Below are positions 27,017 to 36,805 of a stretch of 64,000 nt of DNA, piece after piece (position 1 is the first letter of the stretch; each line of letters begins with the position of its first letter). The DNA is from Candidatus Multivorans sp. (GTDB taxonomy: Bacteria > Acidobacteriota > Thermoanaerobaculia > Multivoradales > Multivoraceae), in contig OZ251997.1 of NCBI GenBank assembly GCA_965247095.1, positions 2,368,001 to 2,432,000 of the forward strand, given 5' to 3'. Made by a program: the position numbers and the translations under genes. The notes under the pieces were generated by a model that saw only the letters and a program-made list of their open reading frames with translations, was not told the DNA's origin and searched no databases.

Positions 27017-28767
27017 GCGATCTGGCGCGACTCGAGGCGCTGAACAGACACGGCGTCCTCGCAGACATCGACCTGTACTTCGCCCTCCTGATGACGGAGC
27101 TCGGCGCCGACGACGATGTCGCGCTGGCTGCCGCGACCGCCAGCGCGATGCACCGCGCCGGGCACACCTGCCTCGAGCTCCGCAATGGCGGCAGGCGGAT
27201 CGCCGACCTGGTGGAGCGGCCGGACTCGGGCCCGAGCGCTCAGTTACCCGACGAGCTGGCGGAAGCACGCCTGCCGGGCCGCGCGACATTGGAAGACTCG
27301 CTGACTGCAAGTCCGGTCGTGGGCACCGGTGAGGCGACCGAAGTCCTGCCCCTGGTTCTCGATCGCGACCGTCTCTACCTGCACCGGTTGTTCGCCGCCG
27401 AAGGCCGGCTAGCGGAGCGAATGCTCGCGCTGGCCAGAAGCCACGATTCAGACGTGACCACGGAGCACGTGACCGGGCGTGTGTTCGCCGAAGACGAGGA
27501 TCGAACGGAGGAAGCCACGGCCGCCATCCGGGCCGCCCTCAAGCGGCGGCTGTGCATCGTCACCGGCGGCCCCGGCACCGGCAAGACGACGCTCGCGGCC
27601 AAGCTGATCGCGGTTCTCGTCGCAGGCGGCTCCGTTGAGCCGCGTCGGATCGGACTGGCGGCGCCCACCGGCAAGGCTGCTTCGCGGCTCCAGGAATCCG
27701 TGCGCGGAAAGATGGACGAGAAGCCCTTGAACCAGGTGCGCCACCTGCGGGACTTCCCGGTCGAGGCGCGGACCATCCACCGCCTGCTCGCGGATCGGAG
27801 CAGACCGCTGGCGCGCCTCCAGGCCCTGGTCGTCGACGAATGCTCCATGGCCGACCTGTCGCTGATGGTCCGCTTGGTAACCGCCCTGCCGGAAGAGTGC
27901 CGCCTGATTCTGCTCGGCGACGCGAACCAGTTGTCCTCGGTGGAACCAGGCTCCGTGTTCAGCGACCTCTGCAAGGCCGGCAGCAACGGACCGCTCGCTC
28001 CGTGCGTCACCACGCTCACGAAGAACTACCGCTTCAGGGCCGACTCGGGGATCGGCCGACTCGCGACGGCCGTCGTTGCAGGCGATGCCGGCGGCGCCCT
28101 GGGCGTGCTCCGTGACGCGCTCGACGACAAGACCGAACTGCGACCGCTGGAGACCGAAGCCGCGTTCGACGACTTCGCCCGCAAGAGCGCCGCGGAATGG
28201 GCCAAGCACATGGCGGCACTCGAAGCGCACCCCGAAGGAACTCCTCCGTTCCCGGCCCACCGCGTCCTGTGCAGCCACCGTCGCGGCCCGTTCGGAATCG
28301 CCCGTTTCAACCGGCTCGTCGAGCGCCGCCTCGCCGAGCTGGGACGTCGCAGCGCGGACGACGAGTTCTACGTCGGCCGCCCGATCATCGTCAGCCGCAA
28401 CGACCGGCAGACAGGGCTCTCCAACGGCGACACCGGCGTGGTATTGCCCGACGGAGAAGGCGGTCGCACGGTCTGGTTCCCCGACCTCGACCGCGACCAC
28501 GAGCGCTACCTGGTCCCACCGTCGCGCTTGCCCCAGCACGAGAGCTTCTTCGCCCTCACGGTGCACCGGGCCCAGGGATCGGAGTACGACGAAGTCATCT
28601 TCATCCCCGGCGACGCCGCCTCCCGCGTCAACACGAAGGAACTCTTCTACACGGCGGTCACGAGGGCGCGGAAGAAGGTCACCGTCCTGGCCACCGAGCC
28701 CGCCGTGAGGGCGGCCGTGATGCGCACGACCTCGCGTGCCACCGGGCTATTGGACCGACTCCGCTAA
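27013..28767 (+). CDS. recD: Exodeoxyribonuclease V alpha subunit
   Basis: TGGPGTGKTT, APTGKAA, VDECSM, LGDANQL, TVHRAQGSEY, YTAVTRAR; ATGA overlap with recB. Confidence 0.96.
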   Translation: MSDLARLEALNRHGVLADIDLYFALLMTELGADDDVALAAATASAMHRAGHTCLELRNGGRRIADLVERPDSGPSAQLPDELAEARLPGRATLEDSLTASPVVGTGEATEVLPLVLDRDRLYLHRLFAAEGRLAERMLALARSHDSDVTTEHVTGRVFAEDEDRTEEATAAIRAALKRRLCIVTGGPGTGKTTLAAKLIAVLVAGGSVEPRRIGLAAPTGKAASRLQESVRGKMDEKPLNQVRHLRDFPVEARTIHRLLADRSRPLARLQALVVDECSMADLSLMVRLVTALPEECRLILLGDANQLSSVEPGSVFSDLCKAGSNGPLAPCVTTLTKNYRFRADSGIGRLATAVVAGDAGGALGVLRDALDDKTELRPLETEAAFDDFARKSAAEWAKHMAALEAHPEGTPPFPAHRVLCSHRRGPFGIARFNRLVERRLAELGRRSADDEFYVGRPIIVSRNDRQTGLSNGDTGVVLPDGEGGRTVWFPDLDRDHERYLVPPSRLPQHESFFALTVHRAQGSEYDEVIFIPGDAASRVNTKELFYTAVTRARKKVTVLATEPAVRAAVMRTTSRATGLLDRLR

Positions 28768-28773
28768 CCGGCG

Positions 28774-30180
28774 CTACTCGCCGCCGGAAACCGTTCCTTC
28801 GCTTCCCTCGCTGTCGGACCGTCTCTTCTGCTGGCGGAAACGGCGGAACAACTTGCCCTGTTCCTCTTCGCTCAGCGAGTCCCAGTCGATTCCGAATTGG
28901 TCCTTGATCCGCTTCTTGAAGGTCTCGGCGTTGAACCGCTGCCCGCCGAGGAAGCCGGTGTTCTCCGGCTTGTAGCCGGCCTCGGCGTCCGCGTAGGACA
29001 CGAAGCCGAACATCATCTCGGAGGTGGTCGGGCCGCCATAGACGACCGTCTCCGTCGGATCGGGGTTCGACGGGTTGTCGGCCGAGTTGTCCCAGGCCAT
29101 CGTCAGCTTGATCTCGGTACCGGCAGGAATCCGCTTGCCGCCGGCCGGGTACTTGTAGTGCGTCTGCCAGTTGAAGTCGTAGCGCGGGACGTCGAGGAGA
29201 ACCTCTTCGGCGCCGTCCGGGTACTTCGCCACGTAGCGGGCCGACTTGCCGCGCAGGTGCATGTGCGGCGTATAGCCGAGCAGGAGCGAGTCGCGCTCGA
29301 ACTTGGCGCTCGTCGTGGCGACGTAGTTCGACTCGCCCGGCGGAATCTGGAAGTCGAACTTGCCCATCGCGTTGTTCTGCATCACGTAGGTGGGCTGGTA
29401 GTCCGCCGGGTAGAAGCGCAGCGCCACCGAGGAGCGATCCCAGCCGCCGGTACCCGGCCCCGGCTCCTTGTGGTAGTGCATCTGCCAGCGGATCTTGGTG
29501 CCTGGCTTGACGAGCGTGCCGAAGCCGTCGTCGTAAACCGTGGGGTCGTTACCCGGGGCAATACCGCCGAAGGGGCGCGCGATGATGTGGTGCACAGCCG
29601 AGGCGCCCGGACGGAACTCGACCGCCTTGATCCAGCGCGGCTCAGGCAGCATCTCCTTCGTGATCACGGTCTCGAAGTTGATGTACTGATCCTGGACGTC
29701 GTCTTCGACGAAGTAGTCCTGGCCCATGTCCATGACCAGGTCAGGCTCGCCGATCGTCCAGCCGTCACTGGAGCCCCACTCGCGGGCCGGCGGCGCGTCG
29801 GCCGCATTGCCCATCGGCGCCCCGCCCTTGGCCCAGGCGATCAGGGTGGCCTTCTGCTCTTCGGTCAGGGAGCGCTCGTTCACGAACACGCCCGCATGCT
29901 GCGGGGCCGCATGCCACGGCGGCATCAGGCCGGCTTCGACCTGGCGGGCCATCGAACGCGCCCAGGGCCGTACTTCCTGGTAGCTCGTAAAGGCCATCGG
30001 CGCAACCATGCCGCCCAGGTTCGCGCCGTTCGGGCGGTGGCAGACCTGGCACTTCTGCTCCAGCACGGTTTGCACCGCGCCGTAGTAGGTCGGCACAGCC
30101 TGGGGAGCGTCGTTGTTGTTCGCTGCCGCGAGGGGTGCGGCCAGCGCGAGGATCAGCAGCAATCCGATCGCCTGCTTCAT
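28774..30180 (-). CDS. Exported protein with a cytochrome c motif and a copper type II monooxygenase-like domain
   Basis: Signal peptide, CQVCH, MPPW, AVHH, PHMHLRGK, YDFNWQ, SEMM. Confidence 0.8.
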   Translation of the reverse strand: MKQAIGLLLILALAAPLAAANNNDAPQAVPTYYGAVQTVLEQKCQVCHRPNGANLGGMVAPMAFTSYQEVRPWARSMARQVEAGLMPPWHAAPQHAGVFVNERSLTEEQKATLIAWAKGGAPMGNAADAPPAREWGSSDGWTIGEPDLVMDMGQDYFVEDDVQDQYINFETVITKEMLPEPRWIKAVEFRPGASAVHHIIARPFGGIAPGNDPTVYDDGFGTLVKPGTKIRWQMHYHKEPGPGTGGWDRSSVALRFYPADYQPTYVMQNNAMGKFDFQIPPGESNYVATTSAKFERDSLLLGYTPHMHLRGKSARYVAKYPDGAEEVLLDVPRYDFNWQTHYKYPAGGKRIPAGTEIKLTMAWDNSADNPSNPDPTETVVYGGPTTSEMMFGFVSYADAEAGYKPENTGFLGGQRFNAETFKKRIKDQFGIDWDSLSEEEQGKLFRRFRQQKRRSDSEGSEGTVSGGE

Positions 30181-30447
30181 GGGTCGGGGTCTCCTCGGGT
30201 TGGGTCGATTGAGCGCTAACTGGAACACCGTACCACAAGCGACGCTGAACCGCAGTCACGGCCGCGAGTCGCGCTTCGGATCCATGGGTGTGAATACAGT
30301 AAGCACCCCGCGGGGCTATGGAGCCACAGGTCCAACCGATCGCGAGTTGTGCCAAGATCGACCCGCCCCATTTGAGCCCCTCTTTCTGGGTGTCGTCCAG
30401 CGGACAACTCCCGCCCGGGCGCCAGTGAAACAGGAGCACCGAGTCTC

Positions 30448-31692
30448 GTGGCAACCAGGCAACCTTCACCGGTCCAACGACAGAGTGGGGCACAAGCCGC
30501 CCCGGAACCGGCCTTCGACATTCCCGCCTGCTACGTCGACGGCTACGAAGCCGCGCGGGCAGAGGATCCCGAGATGGCGGAGCGCTACATCCGCTACACG
30601 ACCCTGGCCGACCCTCAGGCCGACCAGGCGGTCGAACAGTTGGCGAATGTCGTAGCGCCTCAGCACATCCACGCGACCATCGCGAAGAAGACGGTCGACC
30701 GCTACTACGATCCGCCGAAGGACACGCCTGAAGCGCTTCGAGAACTCATCGCGTCCTCCGCCGTCCTACCGGACTGGTTCGACCCGAAGATCGCCCTCAA
30801 GGCAACCCGGGCATTCCTGCGCAACTCGGACATGGTCCTCGGGGGCCTCGTCGGGGGCGCCATCGTGGAGGGCTTCTCCACACTGATCAGCAAGTCGTTC
30901 CGCATCCGGAGCCGGATCATCCTGAACGGCGTCCGCCAGCTCAAGCAGAACACCCTGCAACTGACCGAGCAGTTCATGCCCGGCGGCCAGGAGCCCGGGA
31001 GCGACGCCTGGAAGCTGAGCCTCCGCATTCGCCTGGTCCATGCCCAGTCGAGGATGCTGCTCAGGGAATCGACCGAGTGGGACACGGCGACACACGGAAT
31101 GCCGCTCAGCACAGCGCACATGCTGTTGGGGGCGGCCGCCTTCTCCGGGCGCCTCATGCATCACGTCGGGCGCCTGGGCGGCGACTTCACTGACGAGGAA
31201 CGGGAGGCCTACATCCACGTGTGGAGATATACGGGCCTGGTCATGGGCATACCCGAGTCGATCATGTTCCACGACCAGGCGTCGGCGCACCGGACCTTCA
31301 AGATCGGCGCGATATGCGAGCCGCCGCCGGACGATGATGCGATCATCATGGCCAACAGCATCATCAACAGCGCGCCGATCCTGCTGGGCTTCACCGAAAC
31401 GCAGGAACGCCGCAAAATGGCGGCGTTCATCTACCAGGTGTCCCGGGAACTGATCGGCGATGAGCTGGCGGACGCCTTCCGCTTCCCCAGGTCGAGGGTT
31501 GTCAAGCGGGTGCCGCTGCTCTACCTCAGGAACAGAGCCGAGAAGATCGCACTGCAACTGTTCCCCCCTCTGGCCGCGAGGCGTTCGAGAAAGCGATTCA
31601 ACGCTCTGCTCGACGCCTCGGATCTGGGAGAGATCGAGCACTCATACGCCCTGCCGACCACTCTCCACGACGAAGAATCGCAGGACTTGTAG
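30448..31692 (+). CDS. MpaB/Lcp-like heme oxygenase (DUF2236)
   Basis: LPDWFDP, LRIRLVHAQSR, EAYIHVWRYTGLVMGI. Confidence 0.82.
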   Translation: MATRQPSPVQRQSGAQAAPEPAFDIPACYVDGYEAARAEDPEMAERYIRYTTLADPQADQAVEQLANVVAPQHIHATIAKKTVDRYYDPPKDTPEALRELIASSAVLPDWFDPKIALKATRAFLRNSDMVLGGLVGGAIVEGFSTLISKSFRIRSRIILNGVRQLKQNTLQLTEQFMPGGQEPGSDAWKLSLRIRLVHAQSRMLLRESTEWDTATHGMPLSTAHMLLGAAAFSGRLMHHVGRLGGDFTDEEREAYIHVWRYTGLVMGIPESIMFHDQASAHRTFKIGAICEPPPDDDAIIMANSIINSAPILLGFTETQERRKMAAFIYQVSRELIGDELADAFRFPRSRVVKRVPLLYLRNRAEKIALQLFPPLAARRSRKRFNALLDASDLGEIEHSYALPTTLHDEESQDL

Positions 31693-31726
31693 CTCAGCAG
31701 CGCAGCGAACACCGCTGTGGATACTC

Positions 31727-32638
31727 CTAGCTCATGCCGGCCGCAGGCCGGCCTACATCCAGATCGGCGTACATGGCGGCGACGAGTGAGGCCACTTCGG
31801 GACGAGTCAGCTTCGAGCCGGGCCCCTGCTCTTCCACCCGGTCCAGCGTCGCCCAGGCGAGACGCACCGGCAAGCCGGTGAAACCGAGGTAGCCGCGCGG
31901 AGCGCCGGCTCTCTGCAAGTGATCCACGTACTCCCCGGCAATCAGGAGGTCCGCGCGAGCGAGCTCGAAGGCCAGCCTCCGGTCGCGGGCGCTCGGAATG
32001 AAGGTTCTGCCCTCGTCCGCGTCGGCGGCGGAGTCCTTCAGGATGTTCACGAGCTGCAGCGCTTCGCCGAAGGTCGCCGCGCGGCGCCGGAGCGCTTCCG
32101 CGACCGGCGCCAGGGATGCGCCGAGCAGGAACAACTCGGTCAGCATCTCGCCGACGATGCCGGCGACGACGTAGCAATAGTCCCGTAGATCGGAGATCCC
32201 GGCAAGTCGGAGCTCGCCGTCCCGGTCAGCACGCATCACGATGTGCGCCATGCCGACGGTCGTGCGGCGCACGTGACGACCGACCACCGACCGAGCCGCC
32301 GGGTCGAGGGTTTCGTAGGCCGAAAGAACCTCACCCGTCGCCTCGAGCAGTTCCAGGTAACCCTCGTGATGCGAGGGAGGATCCTTGAGCCAGGACTCGA
32401 CCGCGGCCTCCACCACGCCGTCCACCGTCTCGCCCGAGTCCGTCAGCAGATCGGCGAAGCGGAACAGGGCCTCAACCCGTTGCTCCCGGCGCCAGACCGC
32501 CGCGTCCTCCAGTGTGTCGGCGATCCGAAGCAACAAATAGCCCAGCGTCACCTGCTGCCGGGTCCCACCCTCGAGTTGGGGAATCGAGAGAGCGAACGTC
32601 CTGCTCGTCTTGACCAGTAGATCTTCGAGATCAGCCAT
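31727..32638 (-). CDS. Squalene/phytoene synthase family (farnesyl-diphosphate farnesyltransferase-like)
   Basis: KTSRTFALSI, RIADTLED, YCYVVAGIVGEML, LQLVNILKD..D..EGR. Confidence 0.9.
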   Translation of the reverse strand: MADLEDLLVKTSRTFALSIPQLEGGTRQQVTLGYLLLRIADTLEDAAVWRREQRVEALFRFADLLTDSGETVDGVVEAAVESWLKDPPSHHEGYLELLEATGEVLSAYETLDPAARSVVGRHVRRTTVGMAHIVMRADRDGELRLAGISDLRDYCYVVAGIVGEMLTELFLLGASLAPVAEALRRRAATFGEALQLVNILKDSAADADEGRTFIPSARDRRLAFELARADLLIAGEYVDHLQRAGAPRGYLGFTGLPVRLAWATLDRVEEQGPGSKLTRPEVASLVAAMYADLDVGRPAAGMS

Positions 32639-32661
32639 TGCCAGAACGCCCCAGTGTACCG

Positions 32662-33319
32662 ATGCTCCAACGAGAGAGTCCCGAGACCCGCCAACCGCTT
32701 CACTGCTATCGTGACGTTTCTTCGGAGCATCGACAGCACCCGACTGCGCAAACGACCGCTACCAGGATCGCCTCCTTCCAGTTCCTCGCGGCCCTCACGC
32801 TCGCCTCGTGCTCGCTCGGCGCGGACTTTTCCTACGAGATGGACTTCTGGGGCCGCGTCCGCAGCGACGCGCTCGCGGCCGGCGCGGAGTACCTCGCCTC
32901 GGAGTCGGACTACCAGGCGGCCCGCATCGGGATCCTGGCTGAGACGATCAGGACCTACTTCGAGATCGCGGACACAGACCGTAGTGACAGCCGTCAACGA
33001 AGTCGAGGCGGCCTTGGCCGTACTGCAGAACGAGGGTCAGAGACACTCGCTGCTCGCCTCGCGGCTTCAAGAGGCTGAGGCGACGGTGGAACTCCGGTCG
33101 CAAAGATACGAAGCGGGAATCGGCGGCTACGCCGACTTTCTGGACGCCGTGCGGACGCGGCTGAACGTGGAAGTGGCTCTCGCGGGCGCGGGCCGCGACG
33201 TGGCTCTAGCCCGACTCGCCGTTCACCGCGCCCTGGGCGGCGCTTGGACAGCTTCGGGACCGATTGACACGCCGCAGATCGCATCGGCATCCGCCGAGCC
33301 AGACGAACCAACCGAATAG
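32662..33319 (+). pseudogene. NodT/TolC-family outer membrane efflux lipoprotein, internally deleted
   Basis: Lipobox LTLASC joined directly to SYEMDFWGRVR, then a frame change to AVNEVEAAL...HRALGGAW. Less than half the normal length. Confidence 0.8.
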
Positions 33320-33330
33320 AGAGCAAGCAC

Positions 33331-33867
33331 ATGAGTCGACGAACTGGCTGGCTCATTGCCGCCGTCATCCTGATCGGGTCGATTGCCCTGGCCGCTCTGA
33401 TGGTCTCCAGTAGGCCCGAGCCGGAGCGCCGGCCGCCACCCTCGCAGGTTCCTTTCGCAATCACGGCGCCAGTCGCGGCCGGCGAGGGCGCAATTCCTGT
33501 CTGCGGAGCCGGAACCGTGCGGCCCCGCGCCGAAATCGACATCCCCGCGGAGGTCAGCGGCAGGGTGCGTTGGGTAGCGCCGGTGTTCCAGAGCGGTGGA
33601 CGGGTGCGCGAAGGACAGCCGCTCTTCCGCGTTGAAGGCGCGGACCACCGAAACAAGGTAGAACAAGCGCGCGCCGGCATAGCGGTACAGCAACTCGAGC
33701 TCCTGAAGGTGCAGGAAGAAGCCAACGTTGCCCGCGCCCAGTACGGGCAGTTCAAGCAGCGGCAGGCGGACCAAGGATCCGCTTCGGACGCCAGCCCCCT
33801 GGCTCTGTGGCAGCCCCAGATAGCGGCCGCGGAGGCCAAGCTGGCCAGAGCCGGCGTTGCGCGATGA
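33331..33867 (+). pseudogene. RND periplasmic adaptor (MFP), 3'-truncated
   Basis: TM anchor and GTVRPRAEIDIPAEVSGRV; ends inside the coiled-coil hairpin. Confidence 0.82.
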
Positions 33868-34566
33868 GTTGCGGGCCCGGCGGATCGCCTCAAAGATGAT
33901 CTTGTCCAGGGCCTTGCAGGCTCTCTCGGCGCGAGTGTTTCCGGGCACAGGGAGTTTCCGCAGCAGCGACGTGAACGGAAGAAAGCCCAGGGCAATGTCC
34001 CACTTGAGCCCGCGCACGGCCTGGTCACCCACGTCCTGGTCGCCTTGCCTGTCCCGACCGAAGAACGCGCCGAATGCGACACGTCTGGCGACGCGGTACG
34101 CTTCTTCGTTGGCATCGATGATCTGGCCGGCACTCCATCTTTCCTGCAACATCAGCGCGTTCTCAACCATTATCTCGGCATAGACGTCAAGATACTCTTG
34201 CGAGAACGCCGGCGCGACCAGCTTGCGACGCCGCCGATGGTCGTCTCCCTCGCTCGTGAAGACGCCCGGCTGAGTGATGAACTTGTTGTTGATCTCGAAG
34301 ACCTCGCTCTTTGGAAAGAACGACCGCTTGTCCACGAGCATCTCGCGGATGAGGTCCGCATCGAATACGGCGCAACAGGTCATGGACGGAAGCTGGTACG
34401 AGACAACATCGCCGTGCTCACGGTTGAGCCGCTCCAGGAACCCGGGAAAGTCGCGGAGCCGCTCTCGCATGTTGCTGAGCCGCCGGCCCTTCGGACCGGG
34501 TGGGAGCCGTTCGGTCGATCGCTGCGCCGACGCTTCCTGACCGATGCTGGAGTGTGGTGCCGCCAT
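33855..34566 (-). pseudogene. Cytochrome P450, N-terminal half only
   Basis: LPPGPKG and GVFTSEGDDHRRRRKLVAPAF are present; I-helix, ExxR and heme Cys are absent. The ORF runs on into antisense MFP sequence. Confidence 0.85.
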
Positions 34567-34639
34567 GTGGAAGACCTCCCAGCCGCGCTACCAGAGCGCG
34601 TCACCCCAACAGAGCCGGCCGGCCTTCTGTATCCGCCCC

Positions 34640-34765
34640 CGGAGAAGTTCACGCCATTCGATGGACAAGTTCAGCAACATGCTTAACGTCTCGAACCTGG
34701 GTAAGTTCGAACTCTCTTTCGCGTTGCCGACTTCGGTCTACGACGAAGACTCGCACGAGTGGTAG
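34640..34765 (+). pseudogene. C-terminal remnant of an MpaB-like paralog
   Basis: KFSNMLNVSNLGKFELSFALPTSVYDEDSHEW* aligns without gaps to RFNALLDASDLGEIEHSYALPTTLHDEESQDL* of 30448-31692. Confidence 0.75.
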
Positions 34766-34823
34766 TTGAAACGTAAGTCGGGGAGCGCCACGCCATGGCC
34801 TCCTTGCTCTATCCGCGGCGCGT

Positions 34824-35438
34824 CTACCCCGCCTCCGCCGCCAGCGCCTTCCGGTATGCCGGTCTCTCCAGGCAACGGTCCGCGTAGGCCTCCAGCACCG
34901 GCGACTCGGGGAGCATGCCGAACATGCGCAGGAAGACCGCGCTGCTGCCCAGCATGACGTCCGCGGCCGAAAAGGTGTCACCGAGAATCCAGGGATGCTC
35001 GCCGAGGCCTTCTTCCCAGGTCTTGATCGTCTGCGCGAAGCTGCCCCAGCCGAGCCGGCCGGGGTTGAAGGCCTCCGCCTGGTGTTCCTCGGGCACCACG
35101 GTCCGAAGCCCGAACTCGAACATCCCCGGTTCGATCATGCCCGGCGTGTAGATCAACCACTGCACGAAGCGGGCGCGGAGCGGGTCGTCGAGGCCCGGCG
35201 CCAGCCGGCCGGAGGAGTAGCGGTCGGCGACGTACAGACAGATCGACGCCGAATCCCACATCTTCACGTTGCCGTCCTCAAGCGCGGGCACCTTGCCCAT
35301 CGGGCTTGCGGCGAGGTGCTCCGGGCTGCGTTCCGGCTTCGTGATGTCGACGCTCACGAGTTCGTAGTCGACGCCAGCTTCCTCGAGCATCCAGACCGCG
35401 CGGCTGGAACGGGTCTGCGGAAACCAGTAGAGCTTCAT
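34824..35438 (-). CDS. Glutathione S-transferase
   Basis: MKLYWFPQTRS, SPMGKVPAL, DSASICLY, FSAADV. Confidence 0.92.
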   Translation of the reverse strand: MKLYWFPQTRSSRAVWMLEEAGVDYELVSVDITKPERSPEHLAASPMGKVPALEDGNVKMWDSASICLYVADRYSSGRLAPGLDDPLRARFVQWLIYTPGMIEPGMFEFGLRTVVPEEHQAEAFNPGRLGWGSFAQTIKTWEEGLGEHPWILGDTFSAADVMLGSSAVFLRMFGMLPESPVLEAYADRCLERPAYRKALAAEAG

Positions 35439-36061
35439 TCGTAGGCCTCCGAGTCCTGATGTTCCGTGCCCGCCGGAGCGCGGCCGATCTCCTTCATGCC
35501 GGTGTAGAAACCGCGCACGTCGAGTTCGATGGTCACCGGCGAGCCGCTGTCGTTGCGCCAGAACCAGCCGTGGTTGCCGGAGTAGCCCGCGGTCAGGCCG
35601 CCCCGGCCGCCCGCGATGTCGAACTCCTCCGCGTAGCGAACCGGCTCGTCGTCGAGATCGTTGAAGGGGTCGGCGTGGAAGTCCGAATACAGCGCGCCGC
35701 CGTCGGTCTGCCAGGAGTAGACGATGGTCATCCCCTCGATCATCTGCAGCTTGTACTCCATCTGCTCGTTGGCGCCGATCTCGATCGTGACCGTCTCGGC
35801 GCGAAGTTCCCGGTTGCCGGCCATCTGCGCGGAGAGGCCGGCTTCGGCTTCGGCCATCGGCTCGGTGCCTTCGGCGTCGTAAAGCCCATCGAGACCGAGC
35901 AGGCCGCCGATCCGGGTCGGATCGATGCCGTACTCGGCCGGCAGGATGACGACCACGAACACCACCGCGGCGGCGGCGAGCGTGATCGCCAGCGTCTTCA
36001 GCAGCCTGCGAAGCGGCGGCGTTCCGAGATCGCCGCCTGGAGCGGAAGAGGAATCCGTCAT
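35435..36061 (-). CDS. Membrane-anchored protein associated with HupE/UreJ
   Basis: One TM segment, LPAEYGIDPT, EYK, DFH, GNHGWFWRN; ATGA-coupled on both sides. Confidence 0.75.
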   Translation of the reverse strand: MTDSSSAPGGDLGTPPLRRLLKTLAITLAAAAVVFVVVILPAEYGIDPTRIGGLLGLDGLYDAEGTEPMAEAEAGLSAQMAGNRELRAETVTIEIGANEQMEYKLQMIEGMTIVYSWQTDGGALYSDFHADPFNDLDDEPVRYAEEFDIAGGRGGLTAGYSGNHGWFWRNDSGSPVTIELDVRGFYTGMKEIGRAPAGTEHQDSEAYE

Positions 36062-36750
36062 GACAAGAAGTACCCCGTCAACTGGTAGGCCACGAGCAGG
36101 AAGCCGACCGTCATCAGCACCGAATTGGCCGCGTAACCGTGAGATTGGAAGCGGCCGCTGGCCCGCCACAGGTTGAAGCTAAGCAGGATGATGGCGAGGG
36201 CGGCGAACTGCCCCAGTTCGACGCCGACGTTGAACGAAACTATGTTGCCGACCAGGCCGCTGCTCGAGATCGCGACCGGCTGCAGCTTGGTTGCCAGCCC
36301 GAAGCCGTGGAACAGCCCGAACACGAGCACGGCCGCCCGGGTGTCGATCCGCACCCCGAGCGCCCGCAACCCTCCCAGGTTCTCGAACGCCTTGTACGCC
36401 ACCGACAGGCCGACCACGGCGTCGATGAGAAACGGGTTCGCGTGGATGCCGCCCAGCACACCGACCAGCAGGGTCACGCTGTGGCCGATCGCGAACAGGG
36501 TGACGTAGAGGGCCACGTCGCGGAACCGGTAGAGGAAGAAGATGACCCCCGCCAGAAACGCCAGGTGGTCGTACCCGGTGACCATGTGCTTGGCGCCCAG
36601 GTACATGTACGGGCCGACGGCGAGACCCTCGTTGTTGGTCAGGAAGATCTCGTCCTGATCGGCAACGCCGTGCGCCCACAGACCGGAGGCGAGGAACAGA
36701 GCCGCAGCGGCCAGTAGAGTGGCCCGGGTCATGGTCCTGCGAGGGGTCAT
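36058..36750 (-). CDS. HupE/UreJ-family metal transporter-like protein
   Basis: GAKHMVTGYDHL, FAIGHSVTL, FGLFHGFG, FNVGVELGQ. Confidence 0.88.
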   Translation of the reverse strand: MTPRRTMTRATLLAAAALFLASGLWAHGVADQDEIFLTNNEGLAVGPYMYLGAKHMVTGYDHLAFLAGVIFFLYRFRDVALYVTLFAIGHSVTLLVGVLGGIHANPFLIDAVVGLSVAYKAFENLGGLRALGVRIDTRAAVLVFGLFHGFGLATKLQPVAISSSGLVGNIVSFNVGVELGQFAALAIILLSFNLWRASGRFQSHGYAANSVLMTVGFLLVAYQLTGYFLS

Positions 36751-36805
36751 GCGAGGCGCGGATGGTACCAGTCCAGGGGTCGCCCTGGGACGAGGATTCG
36801 ACAGT

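Noticed and set aside
19932-28566. Long minus-strand ORFs opposite recBCD (613, 362, 509, 371, 372 aa)
   Set aside because: Typical high-GC antisense shadows with no recognisable motifs.
33223-33855. C-terminal half of the 447-aa P450 ORF as a novel domain fusion
   Set aside because: It is the antisense strand of the MFP remnant, read through after a deletion.
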